DNA of 29,021 nucleotides from Octopus sinensis (GCF_006345805.1 NW_021833204.1:1-29021); one strand, 5' to 3'; positions 1 to 12,104 are shown, numbered from the stretch's first letter. Program-made: numbers and translations. Notes: generated by a model from the sequence alone, not told the origin.

Positions 1-231
1 AATAATTATTTTACCATGTCATATGAGCTCTGAAAGAAGAAATTGAATGCAGTATATATTCCAATGTGTGCGTGTATGTATGTGTGTGTGTGTGTGTGTG
101 CGTGCGTGTGCGTGCGTGTGCGTGCGTATGTGTGTGCATATCAATATGAAAACGTATACATGTATACATAGTTACATACATTTACATATACATCTTTATA
201 TCTAGATACGCAGTTATGTGTGTGCGTGACG

Positions 232-299
<68 letters not shown>

Positions 300-416
300 G
301 AGAGAGAGAGAAATAAAGAGAGAGAGAAAGAAAGAGAGAGAGAAAAAGAAAGAAAGAGAGAGATAGAAAGAAAGAGAGAGAGAAAGAAAGAGAGAGAGAG
401 AAAGAAAGAGAGAGAG
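232..416. repeat. (GA)n/(GAAA)n compound microsatellite
   Basis: Directly visible purine-rich simple repeat; explains ORFs 182..499 and 216..470. Confidence 0.97.
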
Positions 417-555
417 TGCGTGTGTATTTGTAATTTTTGTTTTTTCTTTTTACTAATTTTAGTCACTTGACTGCCGCCCTCCTGGGGTGCGACCTTCATG
501 CTTTTTAAAAATATTTTTGAAACGATTAAGCTTGTTGGGATTCTTAAAACTAAAT

Positions 556-762
556 ATCGGTTTCAAATTTTGGCACGAGGCCAGGGAGAGGGTAAGTCGA
601 GAACATCGACCCAAGCACTCAACTTCTACTTATTTTTATCTACCCCGAAAGGATGAGAAATAAAGTCGACCTGAGCGGAATTTGAACTCAGAATGAGAAG
701 ACTAACGAAATTCCGCTAAGCATTTTGCCAGGCGTGCTAACCACTCTGCTAGCTCACTGCTT
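556..762 (-). mobile_element. tRNA-derived SINE, family A (old tail type ...gtgccaaaatttgaaacc)
   Basis: Reverse complement gives A-box-like head (gtgagctagcagagtggttagcacg), B box (gagttcaaattcc) and the central block gtcgacttt...catcctttcgggg..gataaaaataagta shared with many copies in the window. Confidence 0.88.
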
Positions 763-1581
763 TGTCTCTTCAAACGAAATATGGAACAAGAATTAAGTTC
801 TTCCTTGAATGTAATCCAGTATAGTTGTCTGCTCCGTTGTTCTAGTTAGAAATATACGCAGGGCAGAACACAAGAATGTGTGCATGTCCTTACAAGAAAA
901 TTTTCTATATATTGAAGATGGTAGTATCTTCTGGCTTGTGCATTAAAGTATCTTTCAATGCGAACTTTGGGAAAGGCCTTTTAGAATCCTACATGAAAAA
1001 TAATTTATTTTTCTCAGTGTTGCTGAAGCGAAGAGGAAGGTAGGGCTTTAGGATTTTTCTCGTAAATAAAGCTTTTAACAAAAGACATTTTATTAGTGGA
1101 TGTTTTCTGGAATATCTCCGATTCTTGAGAGAGACCGACTGTAACAATCTATAGCTGTGCATTTGAAGAAATGTACATACGTAATACAGGGCAACTTTCG
1201 ATATTTGTTCTGGCTCTTTGATATCTTAATTAAAACACCAAACTACTTAATATTATTGCTTCATACGTGCGTTCACTATTTCGAGTGCTTGGTAACCTGC
1301 ATTGGGTGTTCCAAATGCATTTGGATGGTTAACAAGAACGGATAATTAAGAAACACTTAGTGAGTTGACAGAACTCGTCGATTGACTGATCTCTGCTGAT
1401 TGCACATAAGGTACTGTCTAGCAAGCACATTGAACAGGTTTCTGGCTTGAGAATATATTCCTTTCTACACCAAATCAAGTCTCTCAGAATCTCTGCCACT
1501 GAACATGGGCATCACCTTCTCTCATAACCCCAACAAAAATTATTAAATATAATCGTAAACCGTATATATGTATATACAATA

Positions 1582-1938
1582 ATGTGAGTTTAGAGAGCTT
1601 TATTAACTGGGCGGATGCCGTGGTACCTCTCAGTTATGTTCCAGATTACGGCTATCCGCATCGAGCAAAGCTAGCTGAAAGACCTGGAAATAAATTCTGA
1701 GAGTGTACCAATGTCCATATTCTCTACCATTATAAGTATTGCAAATATACACTCCGGGTAATATTACCATCCAGTGAAGCGAACCCGGAATTAGCCATGC
1801 GAGGAATTTACAGCATGAATGACAATTCCTGATAGTTATAGACTTTAAATACTAATCGATGCTGTTAGCCGTAATCTGGAACATAACTGAAAGCTACCAA
1901 GGTATCTGCCTGGTTAATACATCACTCTAAACTCACAT
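1582..1938. mobile_element. MITE / fold-back element with ~83-bp terminal inverted repeats
   Basis: 1582-1664 (atgtgagtttagag...cagttatgttccagattacggcta..gcatcga) is the imperfect reverse complement of 1856-1938; the interior is non-coding. Confidence 0.8.
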
Positions 1939-1949
1939 ATGTGTATGTG

Positions 1950-2001
<52 letters not shown>

Positions 2002-2284
2002 AATAAATTATAACAGATGGATAAAGTGTCAATTCACTACAAATGTTTCCAATGAATTTTTAATTGGTTAATGGAGACATTACATGATAAGAATAAACTG
2101 TTTTCATCAGGTGAATACACGAACCATAACATTTAAAAACATTCAAAATCCAACGAGATGTGAATCTTCATGCTTCTACGATACCTGCTGTTTGTGTACT
2201 AAATTGATATTTATCTCTCAATGTAGTACTTATTTGTTGATTCAACCTGTATTGAATCTGTCTGTCTTCTACCTATCAATCTAT

Positions 2285-2471
2285 CAATATATACATATAT
2301 GTGTATATATATATGTGTGTGTATATATATATATACACATATATATGTATATATATATATGTATGTGTATGTGTATATATATATATGTGTGTGTGTATGT
2401 GTGTGGTGTGTGTGTGTGTGTGTGTGTGTGTATTTAAGTAATAGTATATATATATATAATATATATATGTT

Positions 2472-2508
<37 letters not shown>
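2285..2508. repeat. (TA)n/(TG)n compound microsatellite
   Basis: Visible simple repeat. Confidence 0.95.
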
Positions 2509-2511
<3 letters not shown>

Positions 2512-2752
2512 AGGTAAAAACACTAGATTAAAATATTGGATTTTCAGTTGGGTATCCCTGTTAAATTACGTCGTGATATAATTACTATGAGATCTGATAG
2601 CCGGTTTCCCAGCTGGAGCGCTTACCGTGAATTCCACTTGATGCACCGAATTCCGTTTGTACATGTGACAAAAGGAATTTTATTAAAATGACGATAATGG
2701 GAAAATATAGAGAGAGATAGATCGCTAGATACCTAGGTAGATATATGGTTGA

Positions 2753-2823
2753 ATGTATGTATGTATGTATGTATGTATGTATGTATGTATGTATGTATGT
2801 ATAGATAGATAGATAGATAGTAG

Positions 2824-2884
<61 letters not shown>

Positions 2885-2960
2885 GGATAGACAGACAGAG
2901 AGACAGACAGACAGAGAGAGAGAGAGACAGATAGATAGACAGACAAAGAGACAGACAGAC

Positions 2961-3037
<77 letters not shown>

Positions 3038-3120
3038 TAGATAGATAGATAGATAGACACTCACGTGAGCACAGGATACACACACACGGACAGAAACATA
3101 CACACACACACACACACACA
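2753..3120. repeat. (ATGT)n-(GATA)n-(GACA)n-(CA)n compound microsatellite
   Basis: Visible tetranucleotide arrays; explains the 'IYLS' ORFs. Confidence 0.97.
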
Positions 3121-3633
3121 TGTACTGTTATGTAGGTTTTTATGTTTGTGTTTCGGGGATTGTTTTGTTTATGAGGTACTATGTATAGAATATACACATG
3201 TAAAGCCAGCATGTTTAAACATGTATCTCCTTTGTATTGTATACTTGAAATCATCCAATTTCCGTTGACTTTCGGCAGAGACGTTGTCATAGTTGTAGCT
3301 AATTTAATAGATTTGGATATTTTTTTTTTCCAGAACATTTTCTGAAAATGACTTGGTGTGCAGTTGAATTAATATGTGGTTTTTGAAGCGTATATATGTT
3401 TCTATTATCTCCCTTTCCTCCTTCTTTCTCTCAGTATCCCTTTCTCTCGCTACACATGTTTAATACAAGATATAAATGGTTTAACAACATTCCGAACGTT
3501 CATCTCCTTATTCAATTTTCCAACACACACACACACACTGAGAAGACCGCGCGATTGCGGTAGAATTTTGAAAATTTAGAGCATATAGACAGGAGGCTTC
3601 TTTACCATCGTATCGTGGACATATACTCGTCCT

Positions 3634-3735
3634 TGGCGTCTCTGCTGACGAGGCACGCCAGTTGTAAATAAATTTAATTTAATTTAATTAATTTGTTTAC
3701 CAAAGTTTGCCGAAACTATGCATAGTCCAGAGATG
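3634..3735 (+). ncRNA. Type I hammerhead ribozyme (predicted, complete catalytic core)
   Basis: Stem I tctctg(3639-44)/cagaga(3728-33); core CTGACGA (3645-51); stem II ggca(3652-55)/tgcc(3708-11); GAAA (3712-15); stem III within perfect palindrome actatgcatagt (3715-26); cleavage triplet GTC (3725-27). All conserved core nucleotides present in correct order. Confidence 0.85.
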
Positions 3736-3844
3736 AAAGGGGTAAACGTTTTTATTTCTCTTTCTATTTCAGAATTACAACTATTTAGCGGTTTGAGTAT
3801 GGCTACTCTTTCTAGTGAGTCGAATGGCCTATTATGGCCATTCC

Positions 3845-4157
<313 letters not shown>

Positions 4158-4433
4158 GATTCTTGTACGCAAGAGTCGTATGTACATCGCCGGTCGTAGC
4201 TAACATAATTTGAAACATTGATTTGTAGATTAGGAAAACGTAAAGTAATGACTTTGATTTATCGTGTATATCGGCCGATGAAACTAATAATGTTAATAAG
4301 TATAAAATAGAACATCCAGATAAATCTGTCGCTCGTTTATCACCGTTAAATTTATCTTCACCAGTTAGATTGCCGGACCGCTTCAAGAATTGCTTTCATC
4401 ACTCAGTTACTCTTATATACACACACACACCAC

Positions 4434-4490
<57 letters not shown>

Positions 4491-5222
4491 TTTTACGCAA
4501 AAGAGGATGCAGTATTAACAAACACCATAGCATATGGAGCAACTAAAATAATAGAAACAATGAAAAAATAGAAAACACGCAGTTATGTTATATAATTCAA
4601 AATATCACGTACTGAAAAAACAGTATTTGGATGGCTATTATAAACTAAATCTATTAATATTTAATATATTTAAACACAGTCGTCGAATATGTCAGGCAGA
4701 AGAAATATGTATGATATTTTTTTATTTCTCATACAGGGCGGGGGGCAAACTTTTGCAGAACTGAACTGTTGGTTCAAACGCTGTGTATTAAATATACATA
4801 TGTTTCCAACAGCCAGGTGAAATAAGATGTTGATCTGGAGAAATTTCAATTGAAAACATGGAACACAAATCTTAGTTACTAATTCGATATTTAGTCAATG
4901 GCTTTTACTTCACTACATCCCATTTATATAATAGTGTTTGTAAAACAAATTGAGACACTTAAAAAAGAAAACCCTAACCTTGTATATTTCGGACAATTTC
5001 CAATTTATGTAGCATTTCCAATGTTGGTCATATGTTGTTCATATTCATAAAACAATTGACTGCATCTTGTATGTGCGGCTGTGTGTATCGATGTGTAAGA
5101 TGTACGACAAACTACCAGCATTTAGGACACCATGTGTATTGCCTAATATCAGAAAGGAGACTGTGGTGTCAATTGGCTTCATTTTTCTTGTATCAATGTC
5201 TATAAGGGACGGTATGTAAGTA

Positions 5223-5454
5223 AGGAGGCGAGCTGGCAGAATCGTTAGCATGCCGGGCGAAATGCGTAGCCGTATTTCGTCTGTCGCTACGTTGTGAGTT
5301 CAAATTCCGTCGAGGTCGACTTTGCCTTTCATCCTTTCGGGCTCGATAAATTAAGTACCAGTTACGCACTGGGGTCGATGTAATCGACTTAATACCTATG
5401 TCTGTCCTTGTTTGTCCCCTCTATGTTTAGCCCCTCGTGGGTAATAAAGAAATA
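5223..5454 (+). mobile_element. Full-length tRNA-derived SINE, family A (young tail type), with TSD
   Basis: Head ggcgagctggcagaatcgttagca, B box gagttcaaattcc, central block gcctttcatcctttcggg..gataaattaagtaccag (resembles the Meta-SINE domain), tail ...aataaagaaata; flanked by ggtatgta(a/t)gta at 5211-5222 and 5455-5466. Confidence 0.93.
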
Positions 5455-5820
5455 GGTATGTATGTATACGGATAGGAAGACGCCGACAGACAAACATGCA
5501 GAAAAATTGATAGAGACACATTCAGAGAGAGAGTGTGTGTGTGTAAAGAATCTACCTCTATCAAAACTTGATTTATCGATCCTAGGAATATCACAGACAC
5601 ATTTGTGTCCATTGGGATTTAAATGCAGGACATAAAATGCAGTAACAATTGCCGCAAGCCATGTATCCGGTCATATAACGATTATATCTAAATTAAAGCA
5701 CTCCTATTTCTCATGTGCTAATGTGAACACCTAAATAATAGACCGACCTGCTAGACGTAGTATCTAAATCTCCATTCAATTATGTCGTACAGTTCTATAT
5801 TTAAGAGATAAAGAATCATG

Positions 5821-5909
5821 TACGTTATTTACATTTGACGGATATTTGTCCTCATCTTGTTTTTTGTTAACAAGATGAGATCAAATATTCGTCAAATGTA
5901 AATAATGTA
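5821..5909. repeat. Near-perfect palindrome, 41-bp arms (collapsed fold-back element)
   Basis: tacgttatttacatttgacggatatttgtcctcatcttgtt (5821-61) versus its reverse complement at 5869-5909 with 4 mismatches; 7-nt spacer. Confidence 0.88.
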
Positions 5910-5944
5910 AAAAGGATTACATAATTTATAATGTAGTATTGTTC

Positions 5945-6123
5945 TCAAGGCCAGCAATTCTGGAGAAGACTCCCAGTGATCACCTTGTACTTGTTTAACA
6001 GACCTCGAAATAATGAAAGACGAAGCTTACTTCGGCGAAATTTGAATTTAGAACGCAAAGACAAACAATTTGACGTTAAGCATATTGTCCGGCGTTCTAA
6101 CGATTCTCCCAGATCGCCGCCTT
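5945..6123 (-). mobile_element. Diverged family A SINE
   Basis: Degenerate match to family A head (ggcggcgatctgggagaatcgttagaacg on minus) and body. Confidence 0.7.
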
Positions 6124-6302
6124 AACTTACGATATAAAATTAGTTATATAAATGCTAGGTGGTCACGGCTGGAAAGTATCCATCAATAGATCTGCTCGGT
6201 TAGGGCTGACGTAGAGGTTATACAGCAACATTACCTCCTAATTATGTAGTTTACTCCCAGGTTTAGCGAAATGCAGTTTAATGGATACACATTACTATAT
6301 AA

Positions 6303-6565
6303 AGGGTAATGACCCCCCTTCGTTAATGAATGACCATGGGATTGCATCTAGAAAGTTCCCCTCCTAGTCACGAGCTCAGGCAAGGTTGTGTATAAAAGAC
6401 CCGCAGTCACCCATACATACTAGCCTCCCCTCTCCACGTCATCGATGTTGTCTAAGGGAAAAGCAAAGGCCGAAACAGCTTGATACCAGTGACATCGCAG
6501 CTCATTTCCACAGCTGAGTGAACTGGATCAACGTGAAATAAAATGTCTTGGTCAAGGACACAGCT
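6303..6565 (-). mobile_element. 5'-truncated SINE, family D (CORE-like block plus LINE-like tail)
   Basis: Minus strand begins tgtgtccttgaccaagacattttatttcacgttgatccagttcactcagctg, a CORE-like block also seen after the tRNA head at 10571-10700. Confidence 0.6.
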
Positions 6566-7134
6566 CATTCTACTATAGTTGCAAAATTAGTCAATTTTAA
6601 TATCACAATGTTTAAAGGATACGCTTTACTATAATTACAAAATTAATCCGTTTTAATATCAAAATCAAATACATAAATGTTATTTGTATGAGATTCTACC
6701 ATTTTTTCTATGGGACGTTTCTTTCGCTTCTTACTTGGTCCTTTTGTTTTATTAATGCTTCTAAGATGTTGCTTCAATCGACGCATTCGTCCTATCTGAC
6801 ATTGGAGAACTAGGTTCGTCCCTGAGGGAAAGATTCCCGTTTCGAGAAAGCAGCTGACAGGAAGCGGAATTTGAAATCAAAACGCCAAAAGAAAATTTAA
6901 AAAGCTCTAGAAGTCCCTTCCTACATGTTTTAAAAAGTAGGAAGTGGGATAAATTTGTGCATCTGTGCTACCCATCTTTCCCAAACGAACAACGAAATAG
7001 AGAATTAATCGAAACTATTTACAATACTTATTTATTTCTTCTTCTATCTTTTACTAAATGTAGAAGGTATGTAACTATTTATGAGATCAAACTATCGGAT
7101 GAAATCTATTTATTAGGACACGTTTTAATTATTC

Positions 7135-7350
7135 TATTGATTTCAAATTTTGGCACGGGACCAGCCAATTAGGGGTGAAGCGCTAGTCGATTATATCGAC
7201 TCCAGTGCTCAACTGGTACTTATTTAATCGACCCCGAATGGATGAAAGTTAAAGCCGACCTCGTCGGAATTTGGACTAAGAGTATAAAGACGGACGAAAT
7301 GTCGCTAAGCATATTGCTCGGCGCGCTGACGATTCTGCAAGCCACCGCCT
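7135..7350 (-). mobile_element. Family A SINE (old tail type)
   Basis: Clear reverse-complement match to head, B box, central block and ...gtgccaaaatttgaaa tail. Confidence 0.88.
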
Positions 7351-7576
7351 CAGACTCTGATTATTATATTGACGCTTTTTTTTCTATGTTTCAAATACAT
7401 ACATGTTTTTCTTTACGTATATTGGGATTCTTTGCAAAGTTGTTCTAAATCTTGAAAGCGGTCGTATTCTTTCTCGTGTCTAGAAGCGTAATAAAAATAT
7501 GTTTATAACATAATACCTCATTATCCGATTAGAGGAAAATGAACCCTTATTTACTTCCTATAGCAATTCATAGACG

Positions 7577-8191
7577 TTAGACTTATAAATTATTAAGGAG
7601 CGATTTTATATTTGGTTTTATAAGTAGACTAGCTATTTTGATCCGTGCTTCGCTCGGGTTTTGGTGGTAATAGCAACCAAACGGTAGCCCCGAGCGGCTT
7701 GCAACCCTCCTTACACCATTACCCACCCCATTTTACCCCCAGTGTAAATTTTGGCGCTAATCTGACGCTATCTACCGTCCCTTAGACTTGTAAATTATTA
7801 AGGAGCGATTTTATATTTGGTTTTATAAGTAGACTAGCTATTTTGATCCGTGCTTCGCTCGGGTTTTGGTGGTAATAGCAACCAAACGGTAGCCCCGAGC
7901 GGCTTGCAACCCTCCTTACACCATTACCCACCCCATTTTACCCCCAATGTAAATTTTGGCGCTAATCTGACGCTATCTACCGTCCCTTAGACTTGTAAAT
8001 TATTAAGGAGCGATTTTATATTTGGTTTTATAAGTAGACTAGCTATTTTGATCCGTGCTTCGCTCGGGTTTTGGTGGTAATAGCAACCAAACGGTAGCCC
8101 CGAGCGGCTTGCAACCCTCCTCACACAATTACCCACCCCATTTTACCCCCAGTGTAAATTTCGGCACCAATCCGACGCCATCTACCGCACC
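7577..8191. repeat. Tandem repeat, 3 x 205 bp
   Basis: Units start at 7577, 7782 and 7987 (ttagactt(a/g)taaattattaaggagcg...). Units 1 and 2 are nearly identical; unit 3 diverges in its last ~70 bp. Confidence 0.97.
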
Positions 8192-8252
8192 TTAAACCGT
8201 TCTCATCCTAAAATCAAACAACTTTTTCGCATTTCAGATTTATAGATATTGA
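8039..8252 (-). mobile_element. Non-autonomous Helitron-like element (3' end reiterated in the tandem array)
   Basis: Minus strand starts A|TCaatatctataaa (8252) and ends with GC-rich hairpin ccgagc-gaa-gcacgg (8067-8053), 10 nt, then CTAG|T (8042-8039). These are canonical Helitron termini with an AT target and no TSD. Confidence 0.62.
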
Positions 8253-10062
8253 TTATAAATGAAAATTTAAACAAATGAACTATAATTACATACTTCAGGT
8301 AAGTGTAAAACCAAGTGAATAAAGATATGAATGGATATAACAATACCTTACCTGCATTAGGTAATTGAGGCTTCATTTAAATGACGTTATGTATTGGTAT
8401 GTATTTCTGATAGAAATTATATGGTAAATTCTGGAATGTAATACAAGCCTGTCTTTCGCAAAACTCTATATGTTCGGCTTGCTGGAATTAGAAATCATGC
8501 ATCTCTCAAATCGACCCCAGCCGTCTTAAAATGAAAAAAAAAAGATGTATTAGATTGCAGATGACCCTCAAAATCTGCGTTGAATCTGGTCACTGAACAT
8601 GAGTTTAGCGAGGCTACTATAACACCGACAGCAACACTCACAGCAGTAAAATAAGTCTATCGCCATCACAAGAACAACAGTTATTTTAAAGAGTCATTGT
8701 GAAAATAGTAACTATCGATCAAAATATTTTTCGCCCGCCCTCCACCTCCTTTTTTTTACTGATGTCGAGGTTGCTTTTATGTTTTATTATTCTTAGAAAT
8801 GATATGTTTTTGTTGTTCAGCGTTAATTCATTAAATTTTTATAAACTTGACTATTAAATTATCGTTAATTTGCATTTAACTAACCACTGAGTTTGCATCC
8901 CAATTCAATTGTTATTTTAAAATTATTCTATAATGCTTTTATGATCATCAAATATGTTTTATATGAATCATATTTCTTTTGGATATTGTTATCTTATTAA
9001 CAGTTAATCAAACAATATTTTGTTTTTAAATTAAGGATGAAAGGTTCACTATAATGTTTCTAATATTTAACTATTGATTTAACTGGGTTGCTTAATTAAT
9101 ATACTACTAAAATTATTTAAGTATTAGGCATTAACGCTGATATTTAAATCCAATAATATTCCGTGGTCTTCAAATTAATTTTCGATTACTCATTAGCAAA
9201 GTAATAATGTTAGGATATAAAAAAGCAGACTCATTTAGTTGTGATGTGAGAAATATTAATTTCCTATTAAATAAAACTATATTTAAATGTTTATTTAGTT
9301 GTTTATACAACAGCTATTCAGTTTTCTATTATTAGTACAAATAATAATAAAATCAAAGTCTTCTATCGGTATGAAAGAAGAATGGATAGTGACTGACTGG
9401 TTCATGGTGATGGCTAAATTTGACCAGGAAAGTTTACATCAGCTATGCTTGGTTTTTATCTATTTATTAATTTTTAAAAATTTGACTTTCACATTGATTA
9501 GGTGTGGAAAATATTAAGTCAATGCAATATATTTCAGTAACTGGATAAACAAAATTCACCCTGAACAAGGCTCAACCAAAGCTGAGGTTACGAGTTAGCA
9601 GAACCGGTAGAGCGTTAGCTAGAATACCTTTTGATATTTGTTCCGACACTCTACACTCTTCACTGAAATCCACTGAAGTTAAATTTATCTTTCATCTTTC
9701 GGGGTTCATATTATGTACGAAGCCATGCCGGTGGGTTAGCAGGAAAGTAAGAACGTTCGACTCCTTACTTAGCGGTATTTCTTCCGACATTTTGTATTCT
9801 GATTTTAAATACTGCTATAGCAACGATGATGAAGGACATAACCCGTCGTTCAGCTTAACATCATCGCCGAGAAGTTTGGATGCCTTTAGTGGAGCCTATT
9901 CTATTGTAAGTACTTGCTCTAAGTCTATGGTTTAAGGATACTTTCCTCAATCAGTCTCGGAGGCCCTGTAAAAACTCACGAGCACAGACTTCTCTCCCAG
10001 TTTAAAGCTGAAAAAGAAAAATCCTTCTCTCGTTTATTATATTAGTATATTAAAGAGAAACA

Positions 10063-10482
10063 GGCGTAGAAGTGACTGTGTGGTAAGTAGCTTGCTTACG
10101 AACTAAATAGTTCCGGGTTCAGTCCCACGGCATGGCACCTTCGGCAACTGTCTGCTACTATAGCCTCGGGCCGACCAAATCCTTGTGAGTGGATTTGGTA
10201 GACGGAAACTGAAAGAAGCCCGTCGTATATATGTGTGTGTGTGCGTGCGCGCGAGTGTATATGTTTGTGTGTCTGTGTTCGTCTCTCCAACATCACTTGA
10301 CAACCGATACTGGAGTGTTTACGATGCTGGTGTGTTTACGTCCCTGTAAAAGAAACCGATAGAATAAGTAATAGGCTAACAAAGAATAAGTCCTGGGGTC
10401 GATGTGCTCGACTAAAGGTGATGCTCCAGCATGGCCACAGTCGAATGACTGAAACAAGTAAAAGATTAAAAAGAATAAAGAG
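10063..10482 (+). mobile_element. tRNA-derived SINE, family B (internal microsatellite)
   Basis: Head ggcgtagaagtgactgtgtggtaag, B box gggttcagtccc, body ...ggaaactgaaagaagcccgtcg, internal (TA)/(TG) tract, 3' part ...gactgaaacaagtaaaaga; four copies in window. Confidence 0.9.
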
Positions 10483-10570
10483 TATTTGGAAGGAGATATC
10501 ATGTAATATGATAACTGAGGCCTACACTCCACCATCAAATATATCCATGAACAAAGACATAATAAAAATA

Positions 10571-11035
10571 TGTGCGTGGCTTAGTGGTTAAGCGTGTCGC
10601 ACTCACGATCGCAAGATCGTAGTTTCGATTCACAGACTGGCTGTACATTGTGTTCTTGTGCAAACTACTTCATTTCACGTTACTCCAGTCTGCTTAAATG
10701 GATAAGCCTGTGGCGGACTAGCCTTCCGATTGGGTGGAATAAACTTTCGAGAATTATTGCAAAAATAAAAACCTATTGGTTTCAAATTTTGGCACAAGGC
10801 CAGTAAGGTCGGGGATGAGGCTGGTCGATGATATCAAACCCAGTATTCAAGTGGTACTTATTTCATCGCCACCACCACAAAAAGAAATGGATTAATGGTA
10901 AGATCAACCACGATGGAATTCGAACTCACAATCTAAAATTGGACGGAATGCCTGCTCGACTAAAGCGATGCGAAGTGCATTGTGATCAGCAACGTATAAT
11001 AACATCGAAGTGTCTGGTCGACCGTGTGGTCACGA
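10571..11035 (+). mobile_element. Old tRNA-derived SINE interrupted by a 214-bp duplicated segment
   Basis: tRNA-like head gcgtggcttagtggttaag...gtttcgattc at 10571-10635; tail resembling family C (gcattgtgatcagc...ctggtcg...gtcacg) resumes at ~10952. Confidence 0.65.
10738..10951. repeat. Direct duplicate of 12689-12903
   Basis: Near-identical ~214-bp copy including ~40 bp of unique flank plus part of a diverged family A SINE. Confidence 0.93.
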
Positions 11036-11036
11036 T

Positions 11037-11495
11037 CGTGTGGCTGTGTGTTAAGAAGATTTGTTCCCAACCACATGGTTTCGGGGTCAGACTGCGTGGG
11101 TCAATGTTTTCAGCTATAACCTCGGCCGCTCCAAAGCCTTACGAATGGATTTGATAGACAGAAACTGAAAGAAGTCCGGCGTATACAATTGTGTGTGTGT
11201 GTGTGTGTGTGTGACCACAGCTTGACAACTGGTGTTGTTGTGTTTACATCTCCGTAACTTCGGGATTAGGCAAAAGAGTTCGATGGAATTAATATTTTCA
11301 TTCCTGCCGAGGACTGTAAATGGTTTGTTTCTATAAAATCGTACACCCTCAAAAACTGAAAGCGAACAAAAATGTGATCTAATGGAATGAATATCAGGCT
11401 TAACAAAAAAGTACTGGAGTCGATTCGTTGGACTAGAGATTCTTCAATGCGATGCCCCAGCATGGTCGCAGTCTGATGACTGAAACGAAGGTAAA
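11037..11495 (+). mobile_element. Diverged family B SINE
   Basis: Same head, body, internal (TG)n and 3' block as other family B copies, with an extra ~90-bp insertion. Confidence 0.82.
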
Positions 11496-11989
11496 ATATA
11501 TGTTATAATGGCGTATGGTCCTCTGAGTTGGCTTTTAGTGTTCCTTTGAGTTGGCTGGTAGGGCACCTTCTTCACTCAAGCACGCTCGACGTATTTATGA
11601 CTCCAACTTAATCCCTTAATGTGGCCATATTCACAGCAGGACACACACTAACAACCATAGCTGGACCTTAATGTCCAGAACATTCGGCGCTCTGGAGTCT
11701 GTTCCTAAGTTATGCCTGTCTTCCTGTATGTGCTGAACTTTAAAGACTACATTATCAATCTGACAAGTATCGTAAATTGTGCAGTGTTCAATGGGAAGGA
11801 AAATTAATACTATGTTCGATGACCGAGCCATTTATTAGTACAGACACACATATGGGTGCGTGTGTATGGACATATGTATGTATGTATATATATATATAAC
11901 GCGCGCGCGTGTGGTTCTGTGTTCTTTTAGGACTGTCTGCCAGAAAAAAAAAGAGTCCTTAATGTTGATTAATGATATTCCAGGTTCGA

Positions 11990-12055
11990 CGAGGAAGCCT
12001 TTTGCTACTCTGAGCTTCACCTGGGGGTACACAGGCTCTTCAGGCTACTTCTTCG
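11990..12055 (-). ncRNA. Degenerate type I hammerhead-like motif
   Basis: Minus strand: cgaagaag-tagc-CTGAAGA-gcctg-tgtacccc-caggt-GAAg-ctc-a-gag-TA-gc-aaaagg-cttcctcg. Stems II and III pair, but GAAA reads GAAG and proximal stem I is only 2 bp. Confidence 0.5.
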
Positions 12056-12104
12056 TATATACGTATGAATATACATATAACACACACACACACTCACATG
12101 TTTA

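Larger units (their letters stand above)
5740..6232 (+). mobile_element. Old interspersed repeat (family E) split by younger insertions
   Basis: Segments gacctgctagacgtag..aaatctcc (~5745) and ggtggtcacggctggaa...tagggctgac...acagcaaca (~6160-6230) recur in diverged form at ~8470-8640, ~15050-15200 and (minus) ~15610-15840. Confidence 0.5.

Noticed and set aside
6570-6665. Short diverged direct repeat (tactata.tt.caaaatta....ttttaatatca.aat x2)
   Set aside because: Small, AT-rich local duplication with no further structure.
7577-8191. Tandem array as a CRISPR-like locus
   Set aside because: Units are full 205-bp duplicates with no unique spacers; no cas genes; eukaryotic context.
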